Counted from the first letter of the stretch, positions 1 to 9,527 are shown. The stretch is 64,000 nt of DNA from Candidatus Woesearchaeota archaeon (GCA_041658255.1 JBBAAQ010000001.1:9874-73873); one strand, 5' to 3'. Notes: a model not told the origin generated them from the letters alone. Numbers and translations are program-made.

Positions 1-57
1 AGAAAAACATTTAGTGAACGTTGGAGAGATCTTCGACAAAACCCCTATAAATATGAA

Positions 58-711
58 ATGCCGCTTAAAGCAGCCTATTATTCAATTGCAATATTCTTAA
101 TACTTTCACTACTCGAGATAATTGCTTACTTTGCATTCTTTACAACAACTCCCGGGTTTATTGCAAAGCACGCCATATGGTTCCTCTATCTGAATATTAC
201 TGTTGCAAGTTTAGGGGCAACGCTCTGGTACATGACATCCTACAAAGGAACAGTGACATGTATGACTGGAATGATGATTGGAATGACTGTCGGGATGCAG
301 GCAGGAATGATGATCGGCGCAGTGATGGGTGGAACTAATGGATTCTTTACTGGCGCACTCGTCGGAATGTTTGTTGCAGTGATTCTTGGAACAATAACCG
401 GTGCAGTATGCGGGATCATGGGCGCAGTGCAGGGTATGATGACTGGAGTCATGGCAGGGACCATGGGCGCAATGATTACTGTCATGATGTTTACAGACCA
501 CGTATTAATATTTATGCCATTCTATATGATCATCAATGTCCTCGTCCTTGGAGGATTAATCTATATCTTCTATGAGGAAGTTGTTGAGGGGAAGAAGGAT
601 GTCAAGAAAAAAACAATCGACTTCACGACATTTGCTTCGTTAAGTATTATTGCAACAACACTACTGATTATTATCATGGTCTATGGACCAAAATCGCCAT
701 TATTTAGTTAG
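58..711 (+). CDS. Polytopic membrane protein with Met/Gly-rich helices, function unknown (possibly metal handling)
   Basis: 217-aa ORF with ATG start. Multiple hydrophobic helices. Central MTGMMIGMTVGMQAGMMIGAVMGG-type Met/Gly-rich segment. Directly upstream of a cupredoxin-like gene. Confidence 0.5.
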   Translation: MPLKAAYYSIAIFLILSLLEIIAYFAFFTTTPGFIAKHAIWFLYLNITVASLGATLWYMTSYKGTVTCMTGMMIGMTVGMQAGMMIGAVMGGTNGFFTGALVGMFVAVILGTITGAVCGIMGAVQGMMTGVMAGTMGAMITVMMFTDHVLIFMPFYMIINVLVLGGLIYIFYEEVVEGKKDVKKKTIDFTTFASLSIIATTLLIIIMVYGPKSPLFS

Positions 712-752
712 GAGAGATAAAAGATATTGAAAAGATATTTTTGGAGGGAAAA

Positions 753-1334
753 ATGGGTAACGCAAAATATATTCTAATCGGTGCGTCAGCAGTAATCATT
801 GTCGTACTATTAGCATTTGCTGCAAAAACAATTTTTTCAGGAGATGCGCACGCACAAGACACTAATACACAAACCTATTCAACTAATACGGCAAGTACAC
901 AGCGTCTCGCATCAGGTTCAGGAGACACAGTGGCAAGTTCTGGAACAACTGCTGTTCCTTCGGGTAATGTGCAGCAGGCAAATCTTGCATTGATTAATTT
1001 CAAATATACATTAACACCGAACAAACTCGTCAAAGGCATCCCTGTACGTATCGCGGTTGATGCAAGTACACTCAGTGGATGTATGACAACTGTTGTCATC
1101 AAAGATTTTGGAATTATAAAACATATCATCTCTTCAGATAATATTATAGAATTCACGCCAGATAAGACCGGAACATTTTGGATTACCTGCAGTATGGGTA
1201 TGGGCCCAGGATCATTTGAAGTCGTTAATGCTGACGGAACACCAGCTCCTGCAACAGCAAAAGTAGCGAGTCCTCCACCTTCAAGCGGCGGAAGTTGCGG
1301 CGCAGGCGGCGGTGGATGCGGTTGCGGCGGATAA
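753..1334 (+). CDS. Membrane-anchored cupredoxin-like domain protein with a Gly/Cys-rich C-terminal tail
   Basis: GGAGGG SD lies before the ATG at 753 (track start 741 is TTG). N-terminal TM helix. The C-terminal beta domain with ...TGTFWITCSMGMGPGSFEVV resembles the Cupredoxin_1/EfeO-N type C-x-MGM motif. The tail reads SSGGSCGAGGGGCGCGG. Confidence 0.55.
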   Translation: MGNAKYILIGASAVIIVVLLAFAAKTIFSGDAHAQDTNTQTYSTNTASTQRLASGSGDTVASSGTTAVPSGNVQQANLALINFKYTLTPNKLVKGIPVRIAVDASTLSGCMTTVVIKDFGIIKHIISSDNIIEFTPDKTGTFWITCSMGMGPGSFEVVNADGTPAPATAKVASPPPSSGGSCGAGGGGCGCGG

Positions 1335-1368
1335 TTTTTTTATGTTAGTAATACGTGTATTCGTACTC

Positions 1369-2616
1369 TTATTCATATCTTAGTGCATCTACCGGTTTTA
1401 ACTTTGATGCTTGATATGCGGGAATTACGCCTGCAAGGATGCCTACGATTATTGATACTGATAATGCCATCATTATTGAATTTGTCGAGACAAGAGTTCC
1501 ACCGGTAAGCAAACTATAATCTCCTAAAAATAGAGGCATTATCCCTGAGAGCATTATTCCGAAAAATACGCCGATAATCCCTCCGATAAGCCCTATAAAT
1601 GCGGCATTAAGAAGAAAAATCATCATAATATCCTTATTTTTTGCACCTATTGATTTCATAATTCCAATTTCTTTTGTCTTTTCAAGAACTGATGTGAACA
1701 TGGTATTTGCAATTCCGACTGCCCCGACAAGTAAGGAGATTGCAGCTATAGCAACTAAAAAAGTATTCACTGCAGACATTGTTTGTGCCCTTGCTTCCAT
1801 CATCTGCTTTGTGGAAGAAACTGAAAAATCTTTGGTTGTCGGAGTTACATGCCTTACATTCATCAATTTTTGTTCTATCTTTTCAATAACATTATCTAAA
1901 TCTTCCTCATTTCTTATTTTAATAATAATAGAATCATATACTTCATTTTCTTTATTATCCACTATTTGATATGCCATTTGAATGGGCATGTATATACCAT
2001 TACTTTCATCATCAAGTATGCCCACAACTCTAAATGCGCTGTTTTCGATTGTTATCATTTTGTTAATGCTTATCGGTTGACTAAAATAAGATTTCGCAAG
2101 GCGCCCACCTATAACAACTACATTTTGATCAGCAGAATCAAGCATTCTTCCTTCCTTGATTTTTAAAGTGGTAATTTTAGACCACACTTTTTGGTCAACT
2201 CCTGTTAAAGATACTGTTCCGGATTTTCCGAGATAAGATACTTCGACTTGACCGCTAATTTTCACATCTATCAATTCAATATCCGGGATTCCTTTCAAAG
2301 CTTGTAAATCTGTTCTGCCCAGTATTATTTTTTCTTCAGTAGCTTGATCCATACTTGTTTGCGGTCCTCCTCCTGCACCACCATGATGTTGCTGCAGCAT
2401 ACTGCCCCCTCTTGAAAATCCTGCAGTGACAGTAAGAATGTCGCCGCCTAAGCCGCTTAATCTGTTATTCAATGATTGTTGCATTCCTTCGCCAATGGAA
2501 ATAATGGCAATAACAGAAGCCACCCCAATTACGATGCCAAGGATGGTGAGCCAACTTCTTAATTTACTGTGAAGAACCATGCTAAACGCATGTTTTAGAC
2601 ATTTGACAAATCTCAT
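1369..2616 (-). CDS. ABC transporter permease, MacB/FtsX type
   Basis: N-terminal TM (LRSWLTILGIVIGVASVIAI), a large extracytoplasmic domain, and a C-terminal FtsX-like helix bundle ending PAYQASKLKPVDALRYE. ATG at 2616 preferred over TTG at 2622. Same strand as the ABC ATPase. Confidence 0.85.
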   Translation of the reverse strand: MRFVKCLKHAFSMVLHSKLRSWLTILGIVIGVASVIAIISIGEGMQQSLNNRLSGLGGDILTVTAGFSRGGSMLQQHHGGAGGGPQTSMDQATEEKIILGRTDLQALKGIPDIELIDVKISGQVEVSYLGKSGTVSLTGVDQKVWSKITTLKIKEGRMLDSADQNVVVIGGRLAKSYFSQPISINKMITIENSAFRVVGILDDESNGIYMPIQMAYQIVDNKENEVYDSIIIKIRNEEDLDNVIEKIEQKLMNVRHVTPTTKDFSVSSTKQMMEARAQTMSAVNTFLVAIAAISLLVGAVGIANTMFTSVLEKTKEIGIMKSIGAKNKDIMMIFLLNAAFIGLIGGIIGVFFGIMLSGIMPLFLGDYSLLTGGTLVSTNSIMMALSVSIIVGILAGVIPAYQASKLKPVDALRYE

Positions 2617-2649
2617 TTTCAATTATCTCTCTTTTTTCTAATGATCTCT

Positions 2650-4032
2650 TTATCTCTTTTTTTTCTTTATCAAATCCTTTAATTTAAAACCGGGCTCAAT
2701 GAGCTTTTTCTTTTTGTATGTATAATATAGAATAATCCCACCAATAACAATAATTGCGGTGATTATTGGACCAATTATTTTAGGGTTCTTCCAGACACTT
2801 TGTTGAGTTGGATGCATACGCGTCATCATTTCAGTTTGGGACTCTCCCGGCATGGTTGCTGTACTAGTAACTTGCGAACTTAACTGGACGTCTTTTTCAA
2901 CAATATGCCTTTCACCCATGGTATCAGTATATGCAATTTGAACTAGTAAATTTTTAGAATTAGAAACCGACATTCCTCCCGGGGACGGATTTATAACATC
3001 TTGAGCGCCTGCTTTGTTACTGGCTTCCCTATCTGTAGTCATAGCAGAGGTTCCCGATTGAAGATTAAAGCTTGCAACAGTGTAATCTCCCTTATTTAGA
3101 TTGCCTATGACAACAGAATTTGAGCCGCTAACCCTCCAAGCTTTTTGTATTGGAATGGTGACTGAAACAGAAGATGCGGGATTGCTTCCAATATTTGCTA
3201 TGGTAAAAGATGTTCCTCCATTAGAATTTTCTGAGAAGGCCACATCAAAATCCGTTTCTCCGCCAACATAAACTCCTGCTTTCGTATTTATTTCTTTTTC
3301 TTCTCCACTCACAGGATCATCATACGTCAAGGTTAAGTCTAGCATGTACAGATCAGGATCTACACTGGTACTGGCAATCACGTTGAACTGCAACTCAACA
3401 CCATCACCAACATCGATATACTTGATATATCTTGTGTTATCAGAACCAACAGGCAATATTATATTGTTTTCATTTTCCCATTGGAATGACAATTTCCTTA
3501 GAGGTGCAGAACCGACATTGTTTATGGTAAATTTCAAAGGTGTTATCTTTCCAGGAATCAGTTCAACTTGATCAATATATATTACTTCAGCACTCTCTTT
3601 ATTGTCTACATCCAAGAAAAGACTTTTTGTTATAGATATAGAAGTGTTTGAACCTTTCTCATAATACTTCACTTTAAACTCATAACTACCTGCTATAGCA
3701 TCTTTATCGATCATTAATTTATATTTAACAATCTTCATATTATCATCATATTGATACGCATTCAGGGTCCCTATCTCCTGAATCGCGTCTTGACCGGATA
3801 TTAACCCGAAAGGGTATTGGGGTATTAATTCAACCAGGGCATTATTTCCCGGGAGACCACCAATATTCTCAACACCTATCCTTATTTCAACTATATCTCC
3901 TGCTGTTGCAGGGTCAGGATCTTGATTCACAACACTTAAAGAAACTTCAAAATTATCCTTTAAGTTAACTGCCGCAGAAACACCGCTTATCATTAAAAAA
4001 AACACCAATAACATAATAATAATTTTTTTCAT
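2650..4032 (-). CDS. Cell-surface beta-rich protein (CARDB/DUF11 S-layer-like) with a C-terminal TM anchor, ABC-system associated
   Basis: Signal peptide MKKIIIMLLVFFLMISGVSAA. Repeated beta-sandwich-like segments (VVNQDPDPATAGDIVEIRIGVENIG). C-terminal TM plus a KKKK tail. ATGA overlap with the ATPase gene. Carries the MMTRMHPTQQS motif just before the anchor. Confidence 0.55.
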   Translation of the reverse strand: MKKIIIMLLVFFLMISGVSAAVNLKDNFEVSLSVVNQDPDPATAGDIVEIRIGVENIGGLPGNNALVELIPQYPFGLISGQDAIQEIGTLNAYQYDDNMKIVKYKLMIDKDAIAGSYEFKVKYYEKGSNTSISITKSLFLDVDNKESAEVIYIDQVELIPGKITPLKFTINNVGSAPLRKLSFQWENENNIILPVGSDNTRYIKYIDVGDGVELQFNVIASTSVDPDLYMLDLTLTYDDPVSGEEKEINTKAGVYVGGETDFDVAFSENSNGGTSFTIANIGSNPASSVSVTIPIQKAWRVSGSNSVVIGNLNKGDYTVASFNLQSGTSAMTTDREASNKAGAQDVINPSPGGMSVSNSKNLLVQIAYTDTMGERHIVEKDVQLSSQVTSTATMPGESQTEMMTRMHPTQQSVWKNPKIIGPIITAIIVIGGIILYYTYKKKKLIEPGFKLKDLIKKKKR

Positions 4033-4742
4033 TTTCTTTCACCTTTGCTTTTATGATTATATTCTATTCTCTCTATTTGACCATCTTTGAGATAAATTAC
4101 TCTTTCAGCGTGTTTGACTAAATTGAGGTCATGAGTAACAATAATGATAGTTTTGCCATCCTCATCCTGTATTTTGCTTAGGAAGTCCATAATAAACTGT
4201 CCTGTTTTGCTATCTAAATTTCCAGTAGGCTCATCTGCTAAGATGATTTCAGGATTAACAGATAGGGCTCTTGCAATGGCTACTCTTTGCATTTGTCCTC
4301 CCGATAACTGAGAAGGCAAGTGATGTATCCTGTCGCCTAATCCGACTAAATTTAATAATTCTAAAGCTTTTTTCTTAGCTATGAGTGTATCTACGTCCTG
4401 AAACTCCAAAGGCAGCATAACATTTTCAACAGCAGTCAGTGTAGGGATAAGATTAAATTGTTGAAATACAAAACCAATCTTTTGCCCTCTTGTTTGAGCT
4501 AATTTCGATTCTCCAAATCCCGCAATATCCTTCTTGTCTAAAAAAATTTGTCCTTTGCTCGGTAAATCTAAGCACCCTACCAAGTTCATCATTGTGCTCT
4601 TGCCACTTCCGCTAGCGCCAACAATGGCAAGAAATTCTCCTTTCTTTATTTCTAAGTCAATACCCCTCAAAGCAGGCACTTCGATTTCCCCCATTTGATA
4701 TATCTTCCAGACATTCTCTAAATGAAGTATTGTAGCAGCCAT
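4029..4742 (-). CDS. ABC transporter ATP-binding protein (MacB/LolD-like)
   Basis: Walker A GASGSGKST, signature LSGGQMQRVAIARAL, Walker B IILADEPTGNLD, H-loop VTHD. Confidence 0.95.
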   Translation of the reverse strand: MAATILHLENVWKIYQMGEIEVPALRGIDLEIKKGEFLAIVGASGSGKSTMMNLVGCLDLPSKGQIFLDKKDIAGFGESKLAQTRGQKIGFVFQQFNLIPTLTAVENVMLPLEFQDVDTLIAKKKALELLNLVGLGDRIHHLPSQLSGGQMQRVAIARALSVNPEIILADEPTGNLDSKTGQFIMDFLSKIQDEDGKTIIIVTHDLNLVKHAERVIYLKDGQIERIEYNHKSKGERK

Positions 4743-4984
4743 TGGAGTATTCTTATTTTTTTTTCTTGATTTTTAATCTTTTAATCTTATCGGCGTGCAG
4801 TATATTATGCAGTATATTTTGTGTCTGTCAGTCTCTTGTTCAACCCTTGCCTAACGCACATATTTTTCCCTCTTTATTAAGAACATTTTTATCACTATAT
4901 TTAAATAAGATGGATGTAAAAGATATACTATAAGTCCACATTTTTTATATATCTAAGTAAATTACGCATGTTCGGTGATGCATA

Positions 4985-5656
4985 ATGACAATACCCTCTT
5001 TTATTTATTCAGGATTTATGATTGAATTCATATATACGATAATTGTTGTTTTTTTCTGTTTCGTAATTTACGTTAAGACAAAAGAAAGCTACGATCTCAC
5101 AAAACATAAAGGGATTCGGCATTTCAGAAATGCTTTTTTGCTTTTTGGTTTTTCGTATGTGATGAGATTTTTTGTTATTGCCATATTTTTTTCTGATTTC
5201 AAATTCGGATTTGTAGTATCAAGAGACTTGTCAGCCATACTATCCATGGTGTTCACAGGATATCTGAGCACGCTTGCAATCTTTAATTTGATATACAGTT
5301 CAGTCTGGAAAAAAATTAATGACACATACTTCGCAATAATAAGTCATATCGCGGCAGTTATCTCGGCGTTATTAGTTTTTATTACTGCGTCTCATGCAAT
5401 AGCTCATGAGATGCTATTCTATCTTCAGTCGATAATTATGATAATTGCAATAGTCTTAAGTTTATTGCTCCTCAAAAAGAAGAATATATCTTCAGTAAAA
5501 ATCTTCTATACGCTGATATTTGTTTTTTGGCTAATCAATTTGTGGGCAATAGCGCCAAGAAATATCCTTTCTGTCGAGATTAAATTGATTTTCCAAATAA
5601 TCTCTATAATCGTATTTGTGATCGTATACTACAAAGTCTCCAAATGGCTAAAATGA
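4985..5656 (+). CDS. Polytopic membrane protein, function unknown
   Basis: 223-aa ORF with ATG start and about 7 hydrophobic helices. No recognisable motif. Confidence 0.5.
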   Translation: MTIPSFIYSGFMIEFIYTIIVVFFCFVIYVKTKESYDLTKHKGIRHFRNAFLLFGFSYVMRFFVIAIFFSDFKFGFVVSRDLSAILSMVFTGYLSTLAIFNLIYSSVWKKINDTYFAIISHIAAVISALLVFITASHAIAHEMLFYLQSIIMIIAIVLSLLLLKKKNISSVKIFYTLIFVFWLINLWAIAPRNILSVEIKLIFQIISIIVFVIVYYKVSKWLK

Positions 5657-5928
5657 GAAAAAAAAGAGATCGCTTGGAAGTGATATTTGATATCTTGAAA
5701 ATCATCAGTAATAATCATAACTCCATAAAACCAACCCCCTTACTAAGATATTCTAATCTCTCACCCAACGGTTTTTCTGAATATTATAAAGAACTAAATT
5801 CAAAAGGTTTTATCAAGGAGATCACAGACACTAAAGGAAGGATGTTTGTGACTCTTACAGACAAAGGATTTAACTTTCTTGAAAAATATACGTTGATTCT
5901 GAAATTTATTGATGAATTTGAACTGTAA
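5644..5928 (+). CDS. Small winged-helix DNA-binding protein (archaeal HTH_45-like)
   Basis: 94 aa. The RDRLEVIFDILKII...TPLLRYSNLS...ELNSKGFIKE...VTLTDKGFNFLEKY pattern is typical of small archaeal wHTH regulators. Confidence 0.6.
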   Translation: MAKMRKKRDRLEVIFDILKIISNNHNSIKPTPLLRYSNLSPNGFSEYYKELNSKGFIKEITDTKGRMFVTLTDKGFNFLEKYTLILKFIDEFEL

Positions 5929-6024
5929 TTTTTTCGTTCTTAACAAAACGACGAAATTCTCTTCAACGAAAGACCATAATGAAATGCCCATTGAGGAGAT
6001 GAGAAATTTTTTTATGGATCCTCC

Positions 6025-6441
6025 TCAACTCTTTATTTTCCAATATAGTGCGAGAAGGAGTATCCCTGTACTGAGTAAACCAATATATAGTCGATATGGT
6101 TCTAAATACATCATTAACGCAGTGGTACCAAATAAGAATACCAGAATTTTGTTGCAGATAGGACAACTGAATGCTAAAAAGCCTCCAATTCCTCCTGTAG
6201 ATGCAGATACATTGCATAGTGTAGTAGATTTCTTCTTATAATAATGCAGCCCGATATATGCACCTAAAAGAATTGAACTGAGAATAAGAAATACATAATC
6301 ATAGCTCTTTGCAGGAATCATCCGCGTAAACCACGAATTAGGGATGAGACCCGTCGGGATACCGAATAGGAAAAACAACGCTATCGCTGATAGCGTTCCG
6401 ATTACGATGCTCCAATTTTTTATTCGTTTTTTATTATTCAT
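6025..6441 (-). CDS. Membrane protein with an intramembrane CPxC motif, function unknown
   Basis: 138 aa, 4 predicted helices, FSCPICN inside a helix plus one upstream Cys. A TATA-like ctataaaaaaa lies about 40 nt upstream on the minus strand. Confidence 0.5.
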   Translation of the reverse strand: MNNKKRIKNWSIVIGTLSAIALFFLFGIPTGLIPNSWFTRMIPAKSYDYVFLILSSILLGAYIGLHYYKKKSTTLCNVSASTGGIGGFLAFSCPICNKILVFLFGTTALMMYLEPYRLYIGLLSTGILLLALYWKIKS

Positions 6442-6495
6442 ATTCAGTAATAGTATTTGCTATGCAAATCAGATTGTGTGCGTTTTTTTATAGAC

Positions 6496-7119
6496 TCAAA
6501 TTATTTTTGGTATAAACATCGGAACTTTTTTCATGTATGCTAAATATTGTCTTCTGTATTTTTTCATGATGTCTTGTTCTTCCCTCTTAGCAAGATTGTA
6601 ATACATCGTAAATAGAAATGGAAACATAATAATAGTAATTAACGTTGGCCACTGAATCAGGAATCCGATCATTACTAAATATATCCCCGTATATTGCGGA
6701 TGGCGCATTTTTGCATAAATTCCTGTTGTTATTAATCTTCCCTCTGAGTGATAAGCTTTTTTCCAACCAATAGTTATGACGCTAAGACCAATAATGATAA
6801 GAATCGTGCTTATGGCCATAACAATAAACCAACCAACCATAATATTTACACCTAAGAATGTGAGAAAGTAAGCAAATAAATGTCCGTACTCGTGTGTTAA
6901 AGGGATTTTGAGACCAAAAAAAGATGATAATAAGTAAATAGTCAGGGGAAACCCATACATCTCAGTAAACAATGCTATGAAAAATGCAATGAGTGTTCCG
7001 CCAGTTCTTTTCTCAAACCTCGTTCTTAATGGAAGATATTTTGTGATAAAGAATAGTGCTAATGCTATAATACTTGCAACGATAATCCAGTTTCCGTAAG
7101 CATATGTATCGTTAAACAT
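6496..7119 (-). CDS. Isoprenylcysteine carboxyl methyltransferase / phospholipid methyltransferase family membrane protein
   Basis: LITTGIYAKMRHPQYTGIYLVMIGFLI and a downstream REEQDIMKKYRRQYLAYMKKVP match the ICMT/PEMT RHPxYxG signature. Start moved to ATG 7119 (MFNDTY), which overlaps the upstream stop by 8 nt. Confidence 0.75.
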   Translation of the reverse strand: MFNDTYAYGNWIIVASIIALALFFITKYLPLRTRFEKRTGGTLIAFFIALFTEMYGFPLTIYLLSSFFGLKIPLTHEYGHLFAYFLTFLGVNIMVGWFIVMAISTILIIIGLSVITIGWKKAYHSEGRLITTGIYAKMRHPQYTGIYLVMIGFLIQWPTLITIIMFPFLFTMYYNLAKREEQDIMKKYRRQYLAYMKKVPMFIPKII

Positions 7120-7810
7120 GATTTTTTCCTTTGAGTGTGTACCATTTAATGTGCTCATAATAGCTCGACCATAATCCGCCAAATGTTAATGCAAACAATA
7201 ATTCTTCCACAGGTACGCCGAGAATAAGTATTCCGCTGATAGCATCTAAGTTCCACACCTGTTCAACAATTCCGGGATAAACTAAATTAAAAGTCATGAA
7301 AAATACAAAATACAATCCTAAAAACAACACTGATCCAATAACTATTTTCTTTGTCAAGTCAGGTCTGCATAACATTGCAGCTATTGAACCCACAAGCATG
7401 CCAATACTCGCAGAGTAAATAGGGTTAATGGAAGTGAAAACATATAATGGCAGGAATGCAAAAAAAGGTGATGCTAGTGCTAGCTTATGAAACCTGTGTC
7501 TTGAAGATATTTTCTCTGTATGATCTATTTTTACATGTTCAAATTTTATAAATGTTTCATAAAGAACTGCAGCAATACCTCCTACAGCGAATGAAAATAT
7601 CAAGCTTTCTATATCAAATCCAGTAGTTGCTGCTAGATTAAACAACGATGGAGGACTCCAATATTCTGGAACAAAGATGAGCTCAGTTAATCCAAAAGAA
7701 GCGGTAATAATGCTTGCCCAGATCATTTCTTTTCTCACAGAAGGTTTCACTATCCAGATAACTGCCCAGATTCCTAAAAGGATCAATGAAAATGTCAGCC
7801 AAGCATTCAT
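7112..7810 (-). CDS. Polytopic membrane protein, lycopene cyclase domain-like
   Basis: About 7 helices. LGVPVEELLFALTFG resembles the hPhEE motif of CrtYc/d-type lycopene cyclase domains. The assignment is tentative. Confidence 0.4.
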   Translation of the reverse strand: MNAWLTFSLILLGIWAVIWIVKPSVRKEMIWASIITASFGLTELIFVPEYWSPPSLFNLAATTGFDIESLIFSFAVGGIAAVLYETFIKFEHVKIDHTEKISSRHRFHKLALASPFFAFLPLYVFTSINPIYSASIGMLVGSIAAMLCRPDLTKKIVIGSVLFLGLYFVFFMTFNLVYPGIVEQVWNLDAISGILILGVPVEELLFALTFGGLWSSYYEHIKWYTLKGKNHV

Positions 7811-7824
7811 TTTTACTTACACCC

Positions 7825-8025
7825 TTATTGAGTTTTATTGTTTATATTAAATAAGGTATGCAACCAGCACCAACCAAAAAAGCTTTCAACAAGCGCAATC
7901 CAGCCTATAATCGCTATTAGCCAATTCACCCATACTAAGCCGTACTGAGGAGCAAACGGTCCCAGCCACCAGAATGCCAACATAAATCGCAAAATTCTAT
8001 CAAGCCAATATAAGTTTTGTTTCAT
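7825..8025 (-). CDS. DUF2892 (YgaP-like) small membrane protein
   Basis: 66 aa with two helices. LDRILRF...ALVESFFGWCWLHTLF is typical of DUF2892. GGGAGG SD. ATGA overlap with the lgt stop. Confidence 0.6.
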   Translation of the reverse strand: MKQNLYWLDRILRFMLAFWWLGPFAPQYGLVWVNWLIAIIGWIALVESFFGWCWLHTLFNINNKTQ

Positions 8026-8780
8026 TTTTTTACCTCCCTTTTTTTATATTTGATTACAATAAAATAGCCGGCAATAATAAACAAAACAATACCCACATAT
8101 TGCGTCGGCGTCAACCCTAAATATCTCGGATCGGTTGATTCTATCCTGAAAAAATCAAGAATAATTCTTTGCACTGAATAAAGCTGAACATATACCAGGA
8201 AGAGAAATCCATCAAATTTATGCAATTTTCTAAGATTGTAAATTATTATTCCTATAATGATGAGACCAATAATTTCATACACTACGACAGGGTGCCTTAA
8301 TGCGCCATCAAGATAAATCGCCCAAGGCAAATTAGTGACTTTTCCCGGATGGCCTCCAGTAAAATAATCCCCTAATCTCCCGAGAATATGACCAACAATT
8401 AATGGCAGGGTGAATATGTCTGCAAACTTCCAAAAATTGAGTTTATGTTTTCTTGTATAAATAAATCCTGCAATGAGCGCTCCAATAAATCCTCCAAAAA
8501 AGGCCATTCCTCCGTTCCATACGGCGAATATATCCCAAAACGTTAGCGGCATATCCGCAGGCCAGTAAAAAAATACATCGAATAGGCGTGCACCGACGAT
8601 TATACCAATGAGAAGATATAACACTAAATCCTCAATAACTTCTTTTTTTATGCCCCTTTTTTTAGCTTCTCGAATCGCCAATAGCGAAGCTACAAGAATG
8701 CCTAATGCAAACATAATACCATACATGTTAATATGTAAGGGTCCTAATTCAAATGGTGGAAAAATTTTGTAGGGAATCAT
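8022..8780 (-). CDS. lgt: Prolipoprotein diacylglyceryl transferase (Lgt) homologue
   Basis: Aligns by eye to E. coli Lgt blocks: VWNGGMAFFGGFIG (VWDGGMSFHGGLIG), GRLGDYFTGG (GRLGNFINGE), RHPVVVYE (RHPSQLYE), RIILDFFR (RIIVEFFR). Confidence 0.85.
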   Translation of the reverse strand: MIPYKIFPPFELGPLHINMYGIMFALGILVASLLAIREAKKRGIKKEVIEDLVLYLLIGIIVGARLFDVFFYWPADMPLTFWDIFAVWNGGMAFFGGFIGALIAGFIYTRKHKLNFWKFADIFTLPLIVGHILGRLGDYFTGGHPGKVTNLPWAIYLDGALRHPVVVYEIIGLIIIGIIIYNLRKLHKFDGFLFLVYVQLYSVQRIILDFFRIESTDPRYLGLTPTQYVGIVLFIIAGYFIVIKYKKREVKK

Positions 8781-9340
8781 ACACGTACCTTAACATCTTG
8801 ATCAGTAATTTCACATAGTTTCTTAATGATGGATTCTATCTGTGCCAGTCTTCCAATTCCTATTTCTTTGCAGACCATCTTTCCATATTCCGGATCTACA
8901 AAAATATAACCATGTTTCTTGAGTTTTTCAACATTTTCTTGGACGATAAAATTAGTCCACATCGCATTATTCATTGCAGGACAAATAATGACTGGCGATT
9001 TTGTTGCCATAACAATAGTGGATAATGCATCATCTGCGATGCCATGGGCGATTTTACCAATAATATTAGCCGTGGCGGGAACGATAATAATAACATCTGC
9101 GCGTTGAGCATATGCAATATGACTCACTTCACAGTTATCGGTGCTGAATAGATTAGTTAACACATTATTACCGGCAACTGTTTGAAGTGTGAGTGGTGTT
9201 ATAAATTCTTCAGCATTCTTAGTCATAACCACTCTTACATCCACATTCATATTTTTGAGAATACCAATGAGTTCTGTTGCCCAGTACGCCGCAATACTTC
9301 CGGTTACACCAACAAGTATGGTTTTTCCCTGCAAATCCAT
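8777..9340 (-). CDS. coaC: HFCD-family flavoprotein, phosphopantothenoylcysteine decarboxylase-like, stand-alone
   Basis: GKTILVGVTGSIAAY FMN-binding start, active-site His in EVSHIAYA, PAMNNAMW motif, and CKEIGIGRL (compare Dfp ACGDIGPGR). 187 aa with no CoaB half. Confidence 0.7.
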   Translation of the reverse strand: MDLQGKTILVGVTGSIAAYWATELIGILKNMNVDVRVVMTKNAEEFITPLTLQTVAGNNVLTNLFSTDNCEVSHIAYAQRADVIIIVPATANIIGKIAHGIADDALSTIVMATKSPVIICPAMNNAMWTNFIVQENVEKLKKHGYIFVDPEYGKMVCKEIGIGRLAQIESIIKKLCEITDQDVKVRV

Positions 9341-9517
9341 TTAGCAACATCCTCCGCTGCTTTGTTGTTTTGGCATGTTTTTCTTCGTCGCTTCAACTTC
9401 GCTCATATATTCATGAGCATGCTCCTCACTACAAAAATACTTACCAAATCTTTGTGGTGCAGTACTTTTGTCTACTTTCATTCCACATTTTTCGCAATAT
9501 TTATCAAACCATCCCAT
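9341..9517 (-). CDS. Small TRASH/YHS-like Cys protein ending in GGCC
   Basis: GAGGTG SD before ATG 9517 (track GTG 9526). Sequence MGWFDKYCEKCG...GKYFCSEEHAHEY...SSGGCC. The stop abuts the flavoprotein start. Confidence 0.55.
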   Translation of the reverse strand: MGWFDKYCEKCGMKVDKSTAPQRFGKYFCSEEHAHEYMSEVEATKKNMPKQQSSGGCC

Positions 9518-9527
9518 TTTTTTCACC

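Noticed and set aside
5909-6241. Plus-strand ORF of 110 aa overlapping 6025..6441.
   Set aside because: The minus-strand frame gives a coherent 4-helix membrane protein with an ATG start. The plus frame has no SD and an odd composition.
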